Assembly (NCBI GenBank): GCA_963674735.2
Contig: CAXXQS010000002.1
Location: forward strand, 320,001-384,000
Direction: 5' to 3'
From: Myxococcota bacterium
Lineage (GTDB): Bacteria > Myxococcota_A > SURF-8
DNA: 64,000 bases
Shown here: positions 59,653 to 64,000 of the stretch, piece by piece
Layout: each line of letters starts with the position of its first letter
Position numbering within the stretch: the first letter of the stretch is position 1
Translations under genes and position numbers: made by a program
Notes under the pieces: generated by a model
The model's database searches: none
What the model was told of the DNA's origin: nothing
The model's input: the letters and a program-made list of their open reading frames with translations, nothing else

Positions 59653-60396
59653 ATGAGACACGCGAAGGGAATGGCCGCGTTGGCGGCGGTGGCGCTTTGG
59701 TGCATCGTTGCTTTGGGTTTCGTTTTTGCAGAGGAAACCACAGCCGATCAGACCGCTCAAGTGGGCCAGGTGACAGGAAAAGCGGACGTCCGCAGCGATG
59801 ATGGCGGCGAGTGGAAAAGCATCGCGAAAGGAGACCGTCTTACGGCCAAACAGACCGTGCGGACCGCAAAGGGCTGCCGCATGGAGCTGCTGCTGGCCGA
59901 TGGCTCGGTGCTGCGCATCGCTCCACGTTCGCGTGTCAAGCTCAGTAGCCTGCTCGGCAAAGGGCAGGACAAAACCGCCGAAATGGTCTTCAAGATCGAG
60001 GCGGGCAAGGTATGGGCCAACGTGGCCAAAAAAGTGAAGGGTGAGCGCAAATTCGAAGTACGCACCAACAACGCGGTTGCGGGCGTGCGCGGCACGGTCT
60101 TCCGGGTGGACGTGGAAAGCGACGCGGCCACGGTGGTGAAGGTCTTCGCCGGGGCGGTGGCCGTCTCGAATGCGCCGCTGTATCAGAAAGCCCCCGAAAA
60201 GTCCCAGGAGCGCGTCCAGGTGCCCGGCCCGCAGCAAGTCACCAAAAAGCAATGGGAAGAGTTGGTGGCCAAGGCCATGCAGGAAGTGCGTGTGGCGGCC
60301 GACGGCAAGCTGGCCCTGCGCGCCTTCGACGCCAAAACCGAACTCGACGACTGGACCACCTGGAACCGCAAGCTGGACGAAGCCATCCCGCGCTAA
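59653..60396 (+). CDS. FecR-domain exported protein
   Basis: DGSVLRI, FEVRT.NAVAGVRGT.FRV and V.VF.G.VAV motifs. Confidence 0.85.
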   Translation: MRHAKGMAALAAVALWCIVALGFVFAEETTADQTAQVGQVTGKADVRSDDGGEWKSIAKGDRLTAKQTVRTAKGCRMELLLADGSVLRIAPRSRVKLSSLLGKGQDKTAEMVFKIEAGKVWANVAKKVKGERKFEVRTNNAVAGVRGTVFRVDVESDAATVVKVFAGAVAVSNAPLYQKAPEKSQERVQVPGPQQVTKKQWEELVAKAMQEVRVAADGKLALRAFDAKTELDDWTTWNRKLDEAIPR

Positions 60397-60420
60397 ACCA
60401 TCCTCGACGCATCTCCACAC

Positions 60421-60446
60421 CCCGCCTGAAAAGGCGGGTTTTTTTG
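60421..60446 (+). terminator. Rho-independent terminator
   Basis: CCCGCCT-GAAA-AGGCGGG plus a T-tract. Confidence 0.85.
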
Positions 60447-60805
60447 TTGGAACTTTCGGCTGTCCCCGCTGCAAGACGGTCGAGCAGCCAAGACCACCGT
60501 CGAGCACCGGCGAGATACGTTCACCACCTGCGCCAAACCGGCGCAAGGAAAGGTTCATAGATATTCAAATTTGTTAATTTAAAAAAATCTCCCTCGATTT
60601 TTTATTCCTGATCGATTTTTTCATAACCGATGACCCCATGTTGTAATCATATTAAAATAGCTATTCTCCTTTATTTACTGTTTCCTTTTACGACACAGCA
60701 AGGTTAAATATATTTAATAGACTATAACCCATTAATATGACTAGATTAATAATCTTGACTTATCTGGTAATAAATAGTTCAATAATCAAAGAAAGGACCC
60801 GCGCC

Positions 60806-61465
60806 ATGGCAAACGAGAATGGTCAAAATGTCGTAACTCTTTCCAGTCTACCCGACGAACTGGACGAAACCCTGAAGGCCAAGCAGGCCTACGAGGCGCA
60901 AGAACTTTCTCTTCTCAAACAATTTCAATCTCTTTCGGCTGAACACCAAAGCGTGAAACTCTCGCTGGAGGCTGAAACCGCCAAGAAAGAACACGACCCC
61001 CAAAACGCGTCCATCCGTCTGATCACCGACCTCACCCAACATGAGGCCGAACTCGCCATCAAACGCCATGAGATCCATTCAAAACTGATGGAAACCCGCA
61101 CCGCCTTCGATGGTGAAACCGCCAAATTCGACAAGCTTTACAAGCCCTTATCGCGAATCGCCTACACCAACAATCAACGCGCGGTCGCATCGGATATCAG
61201 CCCCGAGCGTCAACGCATCCTCGACCGGCTTCCCAAGCCGCCCCGTGTGGAACCTCCCAAAATCACACCGAAGACCAAAGACGTCATGCTGGCCTTGCTG
61301 GAATGGTATGGCCGACCTCTGGCGAGCACCCAATTATACGAAGCCTTGCTTGACCAAGGCTTGAAAGTCACGTTGGCCAATGTTAAGTCGACCATCTCCC
61401 AGTCGGACGAATTCGTGCGGGTGGGTAAAACGTCGACCTACTTTATACGTGATGTAAAGCTGTAA
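60806..61465 (+). CDS. Hypothetical protein (coiled coil plus probable C-terminal winged helix)
   Basis: RBS GAAAGGA. Heptad-rich N-half and a helix-helix-helix-wing-like C-terminus. Confidence 0.6.
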   Translation: MANENGQNVVTLSSLPDELDETLKAKQAYEAQELSLLKQFQSLSAEHQSVKLSLEAETAKKEHDPQNASIRLITDLTQHEAELAIKRHEIHSKLMETRTAFDGETAKFDKLYKPLSRIAYTNNQRAVASDISPERQRILDRLPKPPRVEPPKITPKTKDVMLALLEWYGRPLASTQLYEALLDQGLKVTLANVKSTISQSDEFVRVGKTSTYFIRDVKL

Positions 61466-61556
61466 TCGGGGCCGTAGGCACTGCGATTTTCTCCCTTCCG
61501 TCTGCGTCCGACAATTTTCCGCCGGGTTTAACTTCTGAGACCATGTAGGTGATCAC

Positions 61557-62060
61557 TTGGGAATGAATAGCCTGCGCCTAATCAAAGAACGCCGCAAACG
61601 GTCCGAGCGGCGTAAAAAAGAACAGCGCAAGCTGGAACGGCGTCAAGGTCCGCGCCGCGAGGAGGAATCGAGCCGCGATCAAAATCACCAAACACAAGAT
61701 TCTTACAACACTGCGACACACACCAACGCTGGATTGGAAAACACAATCCGTAACGATCTAGCCCAGACTATCGCACAATCACTTAAAATTTCGATTGATT
61801 TGGGAGAGGAAATTGTCGTGATGCAAAAACATAAACTGATTCAAAAAAACGAATCTTCCATCACCGCCTTTGCCACCTGCTTCGGGCTTTGCTTGTTTGC
61901 CATGCTGGAAGCATTCTCGCCCGGCTCCGTGCATCCTTTGGGTATCCCGGATGTCTTGTGGAAAGCATTTTTCATGATGATCATGGCTGTGACGCTTATC
62001 CCTTCGCTTAAATTCGCCGTCAACATTGCCCGCAACTACTTTCACAAATCCAAGCCATAA
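61557..62060 (+). CDS. Hypothetical protein (basic N-terminus, two C-terminal TMs)
   Basis: ORF fills the gap before gltX and has two hydrophobic helices. Confidence 0.5.
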   Translation: MGMNSLRLIKERRKRSERRKKEQRKLERRQGPRREEESSRDQNHQTQDSYNTATHTNAGLENTIRNDLAQTIAQSLKISIDLGEEIVVMQKHKLIQKNESSITAFATCFGLCLFAMLEAFSPGSVHPLGIPDVLWKAFFMMIMAVTLIPSLKFAVNIARNYFHKSKP

Positions 62061-62239
62061 ACGTCGTAGTCCGGCGAACCGCCCGCTGCCGCGTAAACGC
62101 CCCTCGCCGAGACGCCCTTCTCGCCTCATTTTCGCCTTTGATTTCATCCCCTTTCACCTGCAGGCTTGCGCCTCAAGCGGTTCTCTGTTATATGATGGGG
62201 CCGTCGTCCATTGGCGGACGCGCCGCAAAGGAGAGCATC

Positions 62240-63685
62240 ATGTCGGAAACCAGAGTCCGTTTCGCCCCGTCCCCCACCGGTCACCTGCACATCGGCAGCG
62301 TGCGCACCGCCGTCTACAATTGGCTGCTGGCGCGCCAGAAAAAGGGAACCTTCGTTTTACGCATCGAAGATACCGACCGCGAGCGTTCCACCGAGGAATC
62401 GGTCCAGGCCATTTTGGAAAGCATGCGCTGGCTGGGTCTCGACTGGGACGAAGGCCCCGAAGTGGAAGGCCCCAACGGACCCTACTTCCAAACGCAGCGT
62501 TTCGACATTTACCGCGAATATATCGACAAAATGCTGGCCGAGGGCAAGGCCTACCGCTGCTACGCCACGGCTGAAGAACTGACCACCCTGCGTGAACAGG
62601 CCCGGGAACGCGGCGAAACCTTCAAATACGATCGCCGCTGGCGCGACAAGGGTCCGGACGACTGGCCGGAGGACAAGCCCTATTCGGTCCGCTTCAAAGC
62701 CCCCCTCGACGGCGAGGTGGTGGTCGAGGATCTCATCAAAGGGCGGGTGGTTTTCGATGTCGCCCAGCACATCGACGATTTCATCATCATGCGCTCGGAC
62801 GGTACCCCCACCTACAATTTCACCGTGGTGGTGGACGACGTCACCATGAACATCACCGACGTCATTCGCGGCGACGACCACCTGAACAACACCCCCAAGC
62901 AACTGCTGCTTTACGAAGCCCTCGACTTTCCCGTGCCGCGCTTCGCCCATATGCCGCTGACGCTCGGCCAGGACAAAACCCGCCTCTCCAAGCGCCACGG
63001 CGCGACCTCGGTCATGGCGTACCGGGAAATGGGCTACCTGCCGCACGCGCTACTCAACTTCCTGCTGCGCCTGGGCTGGTCCCACGGCGATCAGGAGATC
63101 TTTAGCGTCGAGGAAATGATCCGGCTGTTCAGCGTGGAGAAAATCGGCATCTCGGCGGGCATCTTCAACGCCGAGAAGCTCGCCTGGGTGAACCAGCAGT
63201 ACATCATGAACGACCCGCCCGAATCCATCGCCAAAGAACTGCCGTACTACCTCGATAAGCTGGGCATCCAGGCAACGGTCGACGAACGGCTGGTGGGGAT
63301 CGTCAAGGAACTGAGCAAACGCGCCAAAACTCTGGTTGAAATGGCGGAAGGCGCGCGGATGTTTTTCAAGGACGACTTCGAGTACGTGGAGAAAGCCGAC
63401 CGCAAGTTCTTGAAAAAAGAGAGCCTTCCGGTACTGGAATTCCTACGCGACGGTCTGCGCGAGCTCGACGCCTTCAGCGTGGCGGACGTGCAAGGCGTCT
63501 TCGAAGCCGCCATGGAACGGTTCGAGTTGAAGCTCGGCAAAGTCGCCCAGCCCATGCGCGTGGCCCTGACCGGCAACACGGTCAGCCCGGGCATCTACGA
63601 AACTGTTTACCTCATGGGCCGCGAACCCGTCTTGGCTCGTCTGGAACGCGCCATCGCCCACATCAACGCCAAACCGGCCGAATAA
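62240..63685 (+). CDS. gltX: Glutamate--tRNA ligase
   Basis: RFAPSPTG.LHIG, LRIEDTD, IRGDDH and LSKRHG motifs. RBS AAGGAG. Confidence 0.97.
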   Translation: MSETRVRFAPSPTGHLHIGSVRTAVYNWLLARQKKGTFVLRIEDTDRERSTEESVQAILESMRWLGLDWDEGPEVEGPNGPYFQTQRFDIYREYIDKMLAEGKAYRCYATAEELTTLREQARERGETFKYDRRWRDKGPDDWPEDKPYSVRFKAPLDGEVVVEDLIKGRVVFDVAQHIDDFIIMRSDGTPTYNFTVVVDDVTMNITDVIRGDDHLNNTPKQLLLYEALDFPVPRFAHMPLTLGQDKTRLSKRHGATSVMAYREMGYLPHALLNFLLRLGWSHGDQEIFSVEEMIRLFSVEKIGISAGIFNAEKLAWVNQQYIMNDPPESIAKELPYYLDKLGIQATVDERLVGIVKELSKRAKTLVEMAEGARMFFKDDFEYVEKADRKFLKKESLPVLEFLRDGLRELDAFSVADVQGVFEAAMERFELKLGKVAQPMRVALTGNTVSPGIYETVYLMGREPVLARLERAIAHINAKPAE

Positions 63686-63704
63686 GCGACGCATGAAAGC
63701 TTCT

Positions 63705-63730
63705 CGGACGGCCTGCGGGCCGTCCGTTTT
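63705..63730 (+). terminator. Probable terminator
   Basis: CGGACGGCC-loop-GGCCGTCCG plus TTTT. Confidence 0.65.
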
Positions 63731-63868
63731 CGTTTTATGCACCGCTTGCGTTTCAAGGCTGAAACCGCCTCGGGCAAAGTTGCGCTCCGGGAACGAAGCG
63801 GGTACACTGGCGAGCGACGGCTCACCGATAACGCCGTTTTCGATCATCCATCGAGAGAGGGGAGGCGC

Positions 63869-64000
63869 GTGACTGGTCCGCGCAAAAACATGACGCTCCG
63901 CTTGGCCCTGGCAATCTGGGTGGCCTTCACCCTTTTGTACGGATTCTTCAACTACGGCGGCATCCGGTCTCCCGATATCGAAGTCATCTTCCGGGTCGCC
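63869..64000 (+). CDS. Start of a membrane protein, truncated by the window end
   Basis: RBS GGGGAGG, GTG start, open frame with a hydrophobic helix. Confidence 0.5.
   Translation, partial: MTGPRKNMTLRLALAIWVAFTLLYGFFNYGGIRSPDIEVIFRVA

Overview
GC-rich bacterial chromosome segment, probably from an anaerobic Myxococcota/Deltaproteobacteria-like organism (inferred from pilA-pilGHI-like genes, Hdr genes and Asp-rich lipoproteins). Housekeeping genes are tsaB, rseP, dxr, nth, panB, guaB, guaA and gltX. It also holds an hdrCBA-mvhD-metV-metF cluster, a 2-oxoacid:ferredoxin oxidoreductase operon, a sigma54-driven type IV pilin locus and an uncharacterised CsgG/FlgT-type envelope operon. The most striking signals are in the mobile DNA. 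(1) A complete IS110/IS621-type element (1888-3065, minus strand) sits in the GTAG of a REP palindrome. Its non-coding end can be read as a bridge RNA with guides matching that REP and its own circle-junction donor, and it carries an unusual inverted donor copy at the predicted RNA 5' end. (2) A RAYT gene bracketed by perfect inverted GTAG REPs lies between two ~374-bp direct repeats that duplicate the 3' end of the neighbouring gene. (3) Intergenic regions are mosaics of several REP families. All calls are from motif recognition only; no database searches were run.
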